Source: Coleofasciculus chthonoplastes F2-STO-03
Lineage (GTDB): Bacteria > Cyanobacteriota > Cyanobacteriia > Cyanobacteriales > Coleofasciculaceae
DNA: 64,000 nucleotides
Reading direction: 5' to 3'
Assembly (NCBI GenBank): GCA_040222015.1
Contig: JAVJWO010000130.1
Location: forward strand, 1-64,000
Part shown: piece by piece, positions 38,701-49,100 of the stretch
Layout of the letters: each line of letters starts with the position of its first letter
Position numbering within the stretch: the stretch's first letter is position 1
Notes under the pieces: generated by a model
What the model was told of the DNA's origin: nothing
Database searches by the model: none
What the model saw: only the letters and a program-made list of their open reading frames with translations
Made by a program: the position numbers and the translations under genes

Positions 38701-38764
38701 GACAGCCTGCTCCGGTTATTAATAAACTATCGGGTTATAAGAACGTATTACTGGGAACAGGTCA
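38701..38764 (+). repeat. Diverged duplicate of the 3' part of the thiO-like gene (37139-37202)
   Basis: 54/64 identical by manual alignment; encodes QPAPVINKLSGYKNVLLGTG versus QPAPVIGKLSGYNNVLLATG. Confidence 0.88.
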
Positions 38765-39430
38765 AGATTGATATCCTGCTTAATAGGGAGGCAAGAGTCG
38801 GCGGAATTTTAGGGCTTGAGCGACGATGCAGGTATGTTCCGTATCGTCAGAAACCATTCCTTTGTCAAAGAAAAAATGATGCCTGGTAATATTTGGATAA
38901 ATCTGGCGTTGTCTAGGTTTTGATCATCCTGCACCAGGAAGTACCAACACCTGTGCAACGGCTGTATCCAGCAAGCCGCCGATCAGATCATTGAATCGGT
39001 TGGGTTAGCCATGACAGGTAAGGAGAGGATTAGATTGGGCGCGATCGCAACATGGGTTCTGACGGTAACCTCTCTTCTCCTATCCCTGACAGGAAAAGGG
39101 TTTGCCGCTATCTCCTGGCTTGTAACCATGGCGTACTCTTATCGGAGCTTGTTACCTTGGAGAGTAGAAGGGTGATTAGCACTACCATACGATAAGCTCA
39201 TCAGCAGTAACAGGCTATTCCCTAATCCTACCAATGTAATCGGGTGAGCCTGAGAATTAGTGTAAATTGGCAGGACGTGTCTTCCCAATGACGAATAATA
39301 ATCTTTTGCTTGATTCTCTACTAAACGTGACGCGATCGCGATCCATGAACCTACTCAAGTTTTTTCGGCAAAGACAAGTCTTCATTCAACAACTGTTCAC
39401 CCTAATCAATCTAGAGATTGGAGTAGATTT

Positions 39431-40321
39431 GTGGCAATTGTAATTTCATTTATTAACTTGAAGGGAGGTGTGGGTAAAACAACAACCACCGTCGCCGTTG
39501 CTGAGATGCTGGCTGGGGTATTCCATCGCAAAGTTTTGGTTATTGACCTTGATCCGCAAACCAATGCCACATTAATGCTGATTGGCGAAGAACGATGGGA
39601 AGAACTCAATGAAAATCATCACACCTTAGCCCAACTCTTTCTGGATGCGCTCGCGCCAGAAAACCCCAAATTCAATCTGCATAAAACGTTACAATACCAA
39701 GTTTCTAATGTCAAAGACTTAACCAGTTTAGACTTGCTTCCGTCGAGTTTAGATATAATCAATGTGCAAGATAGGCTAGCGACTATTCCCGCTGGACGCT
39801 TTTATGCTGCCAGTCCGATTAACATTTTGCGGCGAGGAATTCGCGCTATGATTGAACCCTATGATTACATTCTTATCGACTGCCCACCTAATTTAGGTAT
39901 TGTGACACTCAATGGGTTACGAATTTCCCATGGTTATATCATTCCCACCATTCCGGATATTCTCTCAACCTATGGAATTCCCCAAATCACCAAAACCATT
40001 CATGAGTTTTCCGAAACCATCGCTGAACCGATTGTTCCTTTAGGGATTGTCATCTGTAAATATAATGCCGGAATGACCCTGCACGATCGCGTAATTAAGG
40101 ATTTACGTCGATACAGTAAAGATGCCCGTGTCTTTGAAACCCAAATTCCCCACAAACAACAAATTGCTGAAACCGTTGAATTCAATCAGCCCGATAAATT
40201 TTCAACCTTGCGACAAAAATGGGGATATGCGGGTCAGTTTGAACAATATCTCAATTTAGCCAAAGAGATCAGAATGGGGGCGAGTAAAATTATCAAACAT
40301 AAGCAGTCTCACTCCAGTTGA
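39431..40321 (+). CDS. ParA/Soj-family ATPase (no parB adjacent)
   Basis: NLKGGVGKTTT, VLVIDLDPQ.NAT, YDYILIDCPPNLG. Confidence 0.92.
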   Translation: MAIVISFINLKGGVGKTTTTVAVAEMLAGVFHRKVLVIDLDPQTNATLMLIGEERWEELNENHHTLAQLFLDALAPENPKFNLHKTLQYQVSNVKDLTSLDLLPSSLDIINVQDRLATIPAGRFYAASPINILRRGIRAMIEPYDYILIDCPPNLGIVTLNGLRISHGYIIPTIPDILSTYGIPQITKTIHEFSETIAEPIVPLGIVICKYNAGMTLHDRVIKDLRRYSKDARVFETQIPHKQQIAETVEFNQPDKFSTLRQKWGYAGQFEQYLNLAKEIRMGASKIIKHKQSHSS

Positions 40322-40336
40322 ACGTGGAGAAATTGA

Positions 40337-40738
40337 ATGAGCCTTGACAAACTTACAGCGTTGATCAAACTCCTGGAAGAAATACTTCCCGATACCCAAA
40401 CCACTCTGACTAAATACCAACATGATCCTGACTTTGCCGAACAGATTGATTCGTTATTTAAAATTTTATCGACAAAAAAGCCATCTCCCTCGAAAAAACG
40501 TCGCACTCGCCGATGTGCCAGTGTTTTTGATCCGGTTGAACTGTATCACCAGCAGGGAGAGAAACACTTACGCGAACAGTTACAGCCACTTGAGGTTGAA
40601 CAACTTAAAGATATGATTGCTGAACATGGGATGGATGCGAGTCGGCGGGCAATGCGCTGGAAAAAACGCGATCGCCTAATTGAGTTGATCGTGCAAACCG
40701 CTAGCTGTCGCGCCCGTAAAGGCGATGCCTTTCGCTGA
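40337..40738 (+). CDS. Hypothetical basic protein coupled to ParA
   Basis: Starts 15 nt after the ParA stop with a GGAG RBS; K/R-rich linker and helical C-terminal domain. Confidence 0.75.
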   Translation: MSLDKLTALIKLLEEILPDTQTTLTKYQHDPDFAEQIDSLFKILSTKKPSPSKKRRTRRCASVFDPVELYHQQGEKHLREQLQPLEVEQLKDMIAEHGMDASRRAMRWKKRDRLIELIVQTASCRARKGDAFR

Positions 40739-40884
40739 GAGAGCGATAGTCGGTTAGGTTGTATTCCTGATTGGATTAGGTTTCTTCGGAAAACCTCACC
40801 CCCCATATAAGGATTCTTCAACCTAATTGAGTCCGAAAAATGCGACAATAGATTTAAAGGTCAGTCAGCTTTAGGAGCTTCACC

Positions 40885-41322
40885 ATGTATCAAGCTTCGG
40901 ATATAGCTAAATATTTCATTCACTATGCCAATCTTGAAGAGGACGGCATGATGACGAATTTAAAACTGCAAAAATTACTGTATTATGCCCAAGGGTTTCA
41001 TTTGGCTTTGTTTAATCAGCCTCTTTTTCGAGAAGAAATTAAGGCATGGCAGTATGGTCCAGTAATTGAAGAAATTTATCACGCCTATAAGGGATATTCG
41101 CGTAATCCTTTACCCGATTCTGAAAATTTCAATCCTGAAGTAATTTCGCCAGAAATAAAGAATTTAATTGATGAAGTTTATAGCGTGTTTGGCAAATATA
41201 CTGGCACAGTTTTAGCCAATCTTACTCATCAAGAAAAACCTTGGATAAATACAGGACTCAATCAAACCATTACTCATGAATTAATGAGTGACTATTTTAA
41301 GAGTCAGATTGTTGAGGATTGA
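40885..41322 (+). CDS. Panacea/SocA-like antitoxin (DUF4065)
   Basis: TNLKLQKLLYYAQG, I.AW.YGPV, L..LTH.E.PW. Confidence 0.9.
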   Translation: MYQASDIAKYFIHYANLEEDGMMTNLKLQKLLYYAQGFHLALFNQPLFREEIKAWQYGPVIEEIYHAYKGYSRNPLPDSENFNPEVISPEIKNLIDEVYSVFGKYTGTVLANLTHQEKPWINTGLNQTITHELMSDYFKSQIVED

Positions 41323-41759
41323 TGGGTAAAGGTAAGAAAAATAGAATCAAACCCCCTTTGCTAAATCAGTCTAAATTAAAAGGCAGGATTGCAGAACCTT
41401 CATCGGACAAAATTTTAAATTACGATGACTGTCATCCTGTTTTTTGTCTTCGGTATTTAGAGGATGACTATGGTTTGGATAAATGTACTAGGGATGAGCA
41501 GGCTGATCTGGCTAAGGCTCTGAGAAAACGAAGTCAAATGACTTGGCGACAAATTTGGGCAGCAGATCGGCATGGATTAGGTGCAGAAAAGATTGCGAGA
41601 ACTAGCATAAAAGCTCCAATTCCTAAGCATATTACGGAAGATATCGACTTCTTTATTGCCCTACGATTTTCGGGAAATGCTCCAATGGTAGGTTATCGCA
41701 TTAAGGATATTTTTCGGATTATTTGGTTAGATCCTAAATTCACCTTGTATAAGCATTAA
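41322..41759 (+). CDS. Putative toxin partner of the Panacea antitoxin (possibly RelE-like fold)
   Basis: TGATG overlap with the antitoxin stop; basic protein ending RFSG...MVGYR..DIF.IIWLDP.F.LY.H. Confidence 0.7.
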   Translation: MGKGKKNRIKPPLLNQSKLKGRIAEPSSDKILNYDDCHPVFCLRYLEDDYGLDKCTRDEQADLAKALRKRSQMTWRQIWAADRHGLGAEKIARTSIKAPIPKHITEDIDFFIALRFSGNAPMVGYRIKDIFRIIWLDPKFTLYKH

Positions 41760-41932
41760 AGCTGAACGGGTGACAAGCCGAGCAAAAGCTTGACCGATCA
41801 GGCTGAAGCGAAGACAGCGCTCACTACGAACGGCGCGATCGCGATGATGGCTATCCCTAGGGGACGGCTCGTCCTACAATAGTTTTCTAGTCTAAAAACC
41901 TTCAGTTAATCCATCTTTTCAAATCTTAACCT

Positions 41933-42916
41933 ATGTTTCCCATTCATCGTCCTCGTCGTCTTCGCCAAAGCACCCAGTTGCGTCGTATGGTGCGTGAAAC
42001 TGTTGTCACAACTAGCGATCTCATCTACCCCCTGTTTGCTGTACCCGGTGAGGGAATCGCCCAAGAGGTCAAATCTATGCCCGGAGTCTACCAGTTATCG
42101 GTGGACAAAATTGTGGCAGAGGCGAAGGAAGTTTACGATCTGGGGATTCCGTCGATTATTTTATTCGGCATCCCAGATAACAAAGATGTGGAAGCCACGG
42201 GCGCATGGCATGATTGTGGAATTGTCCAGAAAGCTGCCACAGCGGTTAAAGAAGCAGTACCAGAATTAGTGATTATTGCCGATACCTGTTTGTGTGAATA
42301 TACCAGTCATGGACACTGTGGGTATCTGGAAGTGGGTGATTTAAGTGGGCGAGTTCTCAATGATCCCACCTTAGAATTGCTGAAGAAAACTGCTGTCTCT
42401 CAAGCCAAAGCTGGGGCGGATATTATTGCCCCATCGGGGATGATGGATGGTTTTGTTCAGGCAATTCGCACCGGATTAGATGAAGCTGGATTCGAGGATA
42501 CGCCGATTCTATCTTATGCGGCGAAGTATGCCTCTGCCTATTATGGACCATTTCGGGATGCAGCCGAATCACCACCGCAATTTGGCGATCGCAGCACCTA
42601 TCAAATGGACCCCGCTAATAGCCAGGAAGCCCTCAAGGAAGTAGAACTAGATATTGCTGAGGGGGCAGATATGTTGATGATTAAGCCCGCGCTGGCGTAT
42701 ATGGATATTATCTGGCGGGTGAAGGAAGCTACAAATTTACCGGTTGCTGCGTACAATGTATCGGGTGAATATTCGATGGTGAAAGCGGCTGCCCTGAATG
42801 GCTGGATTGACGAACAAAAGGTAGTAATGGAAACCTTGACCGGATTCAAGCGATCGGGCGCTGACTTGATTCTGACGTACCATGCCAAAGATGCTGCCCG
42901 TTGGCTACAGGAGTGA
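41933..42916 (+). CDS. hemB: Porphobilinogen synthase
   Basis: [54 protein letters not shown]. Confidence 0.97.
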   Translation: MFPIHRPRRLRQSTQLRRMVRETVVTTSDLIYPLFAVPGEGIAQEVKSMPGVYQLSVDKIVAEAKEVYDLGIPSIILFGIPDNKDVEATGAWHDCGIVQKAATAVKEAVPELVIIADTCLCEYTSHGHCGYLEVGDLSGRVLNDPTLELLKKTAVSQAKAGADIIAPSGMMDGFVQAIRTGLDEAGFEDTPILSYAAKYASAYYGPFRDAAESPPQFGDRSTYQMDPANSQEALKEVELDIAEGADMLMIKPALAYMDIIWRVKEATNLPVAAYNVSGEYSMVKAAALNGWIDEQKVVMETLTGFKRSGADLILTYHAKDAARWLQE

Positions 42917-43020
42917 TTGGGGAATACCGAGTTGCGCTCAAACGTATACTTCGCACGGGAGTGAGTTTGTCATTGGAGAAAGGAGCGATAGCGGAGTGTT
43001 AGCGAAGCTTGGCGTTAGCC

Positions 43021-43113
43021 TATAGTGTTTTCAGATGATTCGTGTACAGCCAAAGCACTGAAAGCTTTACAGGGCAAGGGTTGCTTGTTTAGATCTCAAA
43101 TAAAAACACTATA
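43021..43113. mobile_element. MITE-like element
   Basis: TATAGTGTTTT ... AAAACACTATA terminal inverted repeats. Confidence 0.6.
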
Positions 43114-43217
43114 TAATCTCACCAGATGCTTCGCTGGACTCCGTTACGCTCTGCATTATAAAAGCTCAGTTTGTGACCGCGAACATTAGCTAAACTTGAT
43201 GAAAGCGAGGAACATTG

Positions 43218-43862
43218 ATGACTGCCACCCTGATTCAAAGTCCAGATCGCGTTGTTTTACCTAATATTAGCTGGCAAACGTATCAGTCGTTAATTACGGA
43301 TTTTGAACAAGAACCAGCTATCCGTCTGACCTATGATCGCGGGATGTTAGAAATCAGAATGCCCTTAGATCCTCATGAAACTTACAAAAAACTTCTGGGA
43401 AGGTTGGTTGAAGCAGCGACTGAAGAACTGGATATTGAAATTCGCAGCCTGGGTTCACGTACTTGCGATCGCGCCGATTTAGCTAGAGGATTAGAACCCG
43501 ATCAGTGCTACTATATCCAGAATGAAGCGCTGGTTCGAGGAGTCGCTCAAATTGACTTAAATCAATTTCCACCTCCTGATTTAGCCCTAGAAATTGATAT
43601 TACCAGTAGCTCAATCAATCGCCTGTCGATTTATGCAGCCTTGGGAGTACCAGAAGTCTGGCGTTATGACGGACAAACACTAACCATTCTGAGTTGGCAA
43701 AACGGCGAATACCTATCTCAAGACAGAAGTATCGCCGTACCTTTACTCAATGCTGAGAATCTGGTTAGATTTTTAGCCTTAAGAAACACGATTGGAGAAA
43801 CCAAATTAGTCAAGCAATTTCGTCGATGGGTGAAAGACAGCATGGCTGAGGCTGAAAGCTAG
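43218..43862 (+). CDS. Uma2/DUF820 family PD-(D/E)xK protein
   Basis: ISWQTY, RLTYD.G.LEI, GLEPD.CYYI, PPDLALEIDITS, YAALGVPEVWRYDG. Confidence 0.92.
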   Translation: MTATLIQSPDRVVLPNISWQTYQSLITDFEQEPAIRLTYDRGMLEIRMPLDPHETYKKLLGRLVEAATEELDIEIRSLGSRTCDRADLARGLEPDQCYYIQNEALVRGVAQIDLNQFPPPDLALEIDITSSSINRLSIYAALGVPEVWRYDGQTLTILSWQNGEYLSQDRSIAVPLLNAENLVRFLALRNTIGETKLVKQFRRWVKDSMAEAES

Positions 43863-43872
43863 CTTGTACTTT

Positions 43873-45681
43873 TCACCGCCACCCCAACCAGCGCAACACA
43901 GGAACCAACAGATAATAACTAACGCCTAACCAAAAGCCTAGGGTAATACCGAGTAAACTAAAAAAGCTAATGGTATTGATAAAATCTAACCAACCGCCAT
44001 CGGAGAAAGAAAAGATATGAACTAATACCTCCAACGGTAAGATATTTAACCGGACTAAGCCGGAAAATAGCATACCCGTACCCGCTGCGGCTACGGCGGC
44101 ATGAACTAGGTAATGACTGGGTAAACCTAATCCTAACACCAAGGGAATAACCGCCACAGCTGTGACTAAACCCAATAAGCGATCCGCGATCGCATACGAT
44201 AACGATACCTGCCAATGCTCCCACAATCCTGCCAATCGTTCCCTTGGTAAAGACGAGATTGACGCCTGCCAAATAAACCAGCCCACACTATACCCGAAAA
44301 CCCCGGTGATCCCAGCAATGATCCGCCGTTTCTGTTGACCGAATCCCCCCGCCTCCGTTAATCCCCACGCTGTTCCCATACCCGCACAAGCAAACATGAG
44401 AAGTTCCCGCCAGGGGATAATCTGAATTTCGGGAATGATTAAAGTCCATTGTCCAATCATCCAATCTGCAAAGCGATCGCCAACAATCGTCCAGTTAATC
44501 AAAACAAATCCAGCCGTTGCGCCAAAGGCTGCACCAATTCCCGCCATCACCATTTCCCAGGTGGTATCCAAACACGCCAGAACAATGGTAATCAAGACTC
44601 GCCACACCCAGCGCACAAGGGTAAAAATTATTTGAGCGCACGTTATCAGAACCCGACTAGAAATCTCCTGTGCTGTTCCGGCAGCTTTAGCCAGCGTCTG
44701 AGATAATGAGGAAGACGATTTTCCTTTAAAACGGCAACTGACAACCAAACGGCGTTGAATCTCGGCGGCTTTAGCAGGTCGTTTGTGGGGATCAAGGCGG
44801 ATCATGCTGTCGAGTAAGTTCGCTAAACCCCGACGGACTTTAGTGCGATCGCGCCAGTGAAATTCACCCGTAGCCGGATCTTGTAAATCCGCTAAATCTT
44901 GACCTGTGAGTAATTGAATCATGGTACGTCCTAAGGCATAAAAATCAGCCCTTGGTCCCACCACATCCCCCGCAATCTGTTCAGGGGGACTATAACCCGG
45001 AGAAATTAAGCGGGTGGAACGATTCTCTGTCCCCACAGCGATCGCGCCAATTTGTTTCGCGCCGCCAAAATCAATCGCCACCAGTTGACCGGTTCCCTCG
45101 CGCACCATTAAGTTTGAGGGTTTAATATCCCGGTGAATAATTCCCAAATCATGTAACTCCTGTAGAATATCAGCCGCTTGGTAGAGCCAATTAATAATCA
45201 AGGTTTCCGGACACCCCTGAGGATAACGGTTCAAGATAGCCTCCAGCGTCTCACCGTTTATTTTTTCCATCACCAGACAAGGGAGTACGCGCTGTTGGTA
45301 TGTTCCCAGACGTACTGTAAAGTAGGCATCAGACTGCACTTTCGGAACACCCGGATGGTTCAGACGTTGCAATACGGCTGCTTCTTGTTCAAATAACTGC
45401 AACGCCTTGGGTGACGTTTCTACTAAAAGTTTCAATACTTTTTCAGTCTGATCCTGCTGATCCCAAATTGCATAAATTGCTGCAAATCCCCCTAGACCCA
45501 AACGCTGGAGAGGAATGTAGCGATTATTTAGCCGCAGCATCGATCCACAACTGCTACAAAACTTAAAGTCCCCAGATTGAGGATAAGGACGGGGGCAGTC
45601 GGGATTAATACAATAGACCGACTCTATAAATGACTGATGCACGATCACCAGCGATAGACGATGCCTCTTGATTCTACACAA
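43873..45681 (-). CDS. Hanks-type Ser/Thr kinase with 4-Cys prefix and multi-TM C-terminus
   Basis: YCINPDC...CSSCG, LGLGGFA, IIHRDIKPSN, IDFG, GYSPPEQ; true start uncertain. Confidence 0.92.
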   Translation of the reverse strand: MCRIKRHRLSLVIVHQSFIESVYCINPDCPRPYPQSGDFKFCSSCGSMLRLNNRYIPLQRLGLGGFAAIYAIWDQQDQTEKVLKLLVETSPKALQLFEQEAAVLQRLNHPGVPKVQSDAYFTVRLGTYQQRVLPCLVMEKINGETLEAILNRYPQGCPETLIINWLYQAADILQELHDLGIIHRDIKPSNLMVREGTGQLVAIDFGGAKQIGAIAVGTENRSTRLISPGYSPPEQIAGDVVGPRADFYALGRTMIQLLTGQDLADLQDPATGEFHWRDRTKVRRGLANLLDSMIRLDPHKRPAKAAEIQRRLVVSCRFKGKSSSSLSQTLAKAAGTAQEISSRVLITCAQIIFTLVRWVWRVLITIVLACLDTTWEMVMAGIGAAFGATAGFVLINWTIVGDRFADWMIGQWTLIIPEIQIIPWRELLMFACAGMGTAWGLTEAGGFGQQKRRIIAGITGVFGYSVGWFIWQASISSLPRERLAGLWEHWQVSLSYAIADRLLGLVTAVAVIPLVLGLGLPSHYLVHAAVAAAGTGMLFSGLVRLNILPLEVLVHIFSFSDGGWLDFINTISFFSLLGITLGFWLGVSYYLLVPVLRWLGWR

Positions 45682-46132
45682 TAAAGTCCCCAGTCCTTTC
45701 AGTAATGGGGACTTAACGCTTTAATTAAAACTAATAAATAGATTTATATTGTATCATCTCCTGGCATCTCCTATTTTAGCAGATCAAAGCTTTGTTGTAA
45801 GTAGGTGGACATAATTAAAGTTAAAGGTGGCGATCGTCTCAAGAGCCATGAACTCCATAGGACTGTCTGGAGACAAGTGCCTTTAAAATTGCTGTAATGC
45901 CCAAAAGAACACAAAGATTGCCTCTTGCTGATTATCTTCACATTACTTTCACAATCAAGGTCTAGAATGTGTATTCTTTGCCGTTAAATACAGTAAATAC
46001 TATCAATATAAAATTTATATATATTATCGTCTAGCAATAGTATAAAGATTTCGTGTAGATTATTTTTATTTAAAAAAAACAAGAAGAATTAATGTTATTA
46101 CTTGAAATAAGTGAATCGATCATGAAGTTTAG

Positions 46133-49100
46133 ATGAGTCATAGTCGATTCCAGTGTGTATGCCGCTCCTTGTTGTCAGCGATCGCGAATAGCCATCAAAC
46201 GATGACTGCAAATGGAAACAAACTGACTACAGAGATGAACCCAAACGTTATGCCACTAGACACCAACCTATCTGAGATGAGCCATACATCAATGATGAGC
46301 ATGGAAAATAATCACAATCTCCCTCATCAAGACCATCCAGTCAAGCAAGCCGAACATCTAAAATTCTTGGATTTAGCCCCTCATTCAGCGGCAACTCATG
46401 TCGCTGTAAACGATGGGTCTTGGTTTGATCCAAATACATGGGAGCAAGGTCAAGTTCCTGGAACTGATGCTAGAGTCGTCATTTCTGAAGGTGTTCATGT
46501 CACCTACGATGCCGAGAGTGACACTCGTCTAGAAACCGTGCGTGTGGATGGAACATTGGAATTCGCCCACAACCGCAATACCAAAATCGTCGTAGACACA
46601 TTTATCGCATCACCGACAAGTACATTAACGATTGGTAGTGAAGCTAACCCGATTCAAGCCAACAAAACTGCCCGAATTGTCATTGCCGACAACGGAGAAA
46701 TTGATAAAAATTGGGACTCTACCCTAATTAGTCGTGGCGTTGTCACTCACGGCAAAGTTAGAATTCATGGTGCAGAGAAACTCGATTTTATATCGCTGCA
46801 AACAGACGCCTCCGTCGGTGACAATGAACTGGTGTTAAATCTGCCCGATGGCATGAATACACCGGCTGGCTGGCAAGTTGGTGATCAATTAGTCTTAGGT
46901 GGCACGTCGTACAACCCAGACGGTTCTGACGAGGATAACAGTCGGTTTCAAGATGAGGTGTTAACCATCACCGAAATTAACGGAAACCGGATTCAATTTA
47001 CCAACAACGATATTACTTCTGGCGATAATACCGTACTCCGGTTTGACCACGAGCGCCCCCAGGGATTTGAGAGCGAGAACTTAAAGCTTTACATCGCCAA
47101 CACCAGCCGGAACGTTATCTTCGAGACCGAAAACGCTGAAACCTTACCCACTCAGCAACGGGGTCATGTGATGTTCATGCACAACCCGGATGTCGAGGTA
47201 CAAAACGCTGGATTTTATAATCTGGGACGAACGGATAAAAATAGGTTAATTGATGACCCAATCGAAAATGTCGATGGTTCGCCAGGTTCCGGAGCCAATC
47301 CCCGTGGGCGATATGCGCTGCATCTGCATCGCACTGGGGCTGAGGATATCAACAGTACCCCATCTCTAGTCAAAGGTAACGCCATTGTTGGTAGTCCTGG
47401 GTGGGGAATTGTGCATCATGACAGCCACGCTGTCTTGGAAGACAATGTAGTGTTCGATGTTGTTGGGTCTGGAATTGCCGCAGAAGCCGGGAATGAACTG
47501 GGTGCATGGCGCAATAACATTACCATCAAAACCACAGGCGATGACCGTCCCCAAGCCGACTTTGACGGTTCAGACCGCGTTTCCCTGTTTGATATGGGCT
47601 TTAATGGCGAGGGTTACTGGGTGCAGGGGGCTGCTCAAGTGGAGATGGTTGATAACGTTGCCATTAGTGCTGCTGGCGGTGGGATTAATATCTTCAACGG
47701 CGTGGATGGAATCTCTCGAGTCAGAGAGGCTGACACGGTTGCGGTTGATAACCTGTCACCAGAACTACAACCAGTCCTTTCCCAAGCTTCTCGTGGTAAC
47801 GATGACCCAAACACCATTGATGTAACCAACGTGCCACTGCGTCGTTTGTCCGGTTTCGAGAGTTACAACTCCGATATGGGAATTATCTTCTGGAACCATA
47901 TGCGGAACGATGATGGTCAGTTGGGCTTTATTGGTCCCGGTTTGAGTGAATTTCATGATGCTCGCTCTCTGGTCGATAATTTCAAACTCTGGAATATCTA
48001 TGGCGAGGGAATCTTCACTCAGTACAGTACCCAGATTGATTTCGTCGATGGGTTAATTGTGGGTGACCCAGAGAATCCAGTTCCTGTAAAGTTAGGGATT
48101 AATGGCGCAGGTCGCGGTCATGGGATTGGTAGCAATGGTCCAGCACAAGACCTTCTGTTCAAAGATATCCGGGTTGAGGGTTTTGAGCGGGGAATTCGCT
48201 TACCGCGAGAAGGTGGCGGTGGTGCTGAAGGTTCTGGTACGGGTTCAGTACCATTCTTGGGGTCACGTCTAGAGGATAGCTACTTCGCCAACAACACCCA
48301 CAACTTATCGAAGAAGCAGCGAAACTTTGGTGACCCAGATGTTTTTCCGGATTACTTCGAGATTGTCAACACTCAGTTTGAGAATTCTGCTTCTAACCTG
48401 GCTCCGACTGCTGCCTTCAGTTATGAGTCAGTGGGTGGTCTAGGTGTTGTCACCTTTGATGCTAGCGATTCATTCGATAACGACCCATCAGCCTCATTGG
48501 AACTCGCTGGCAACGCGATCGCAAGTTATGGTTGGGATTTTGATAATGACGGTAGTATCGACGAATTCGGTCGCCAAGTCAATCACCAATTTGACCCAAC
48601 AGATTCTCACAATGTCAGCCTAACGGTTTGGGATAGCCAAGGCGCAACCACCACGGTAACTCAACAGATTGAAGTTAACCCAACCGCCTATACCAACCTA
48701 ATTCTCGATAGCGACTTCAGCGATTCTGGTGAATTTGCCGGACCGGAGTGGAATATTAATAGCACCCGAACCGATGAAGGCTGGCTGGGTACGGGTTGGT
48801 CGCGCAATCCGAATATTGGTGATGGAGGTGCAGCTGTTTTCACAGATAAATCCTCTAAAACAGCATTGGGGCAGATTTTCCAGGATAATCAGGTTCGCCA
48901 GGGTGAGCAAACCTTGAGTTTGGATATCAAGAATACAGAGGGTGATGACCAAACCAACGAGATTACAGTGCGCCTCTGGGGAGTTGATGGAGAATTTCTC
49001 GGTGGGATTGGCTCCAATGGACCGACTCAAGCTGGAGCGATTCCCATGAACCGAACCCTGTTACTCGAAGAAACAGTCGGCGGTTCTACCTTTGACTGGA

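Noticed and set aside
38930..39010. Integron attC site
   Set aside because: No convincing RYYYAAC/GTTRRRY paired boxes and no integron integrase nearby
37273..41760. Prophage or integrated plasmid
   Set aside because: No integrase, replication, conjugation or virion genes; treated only as an accessory block
45684..45714. Intact IS200/IS605 element
   Set aside because: Only a short hairpin (AAGTCCCCA...TGGGGACTT) is present, with no tnpA or tnpB
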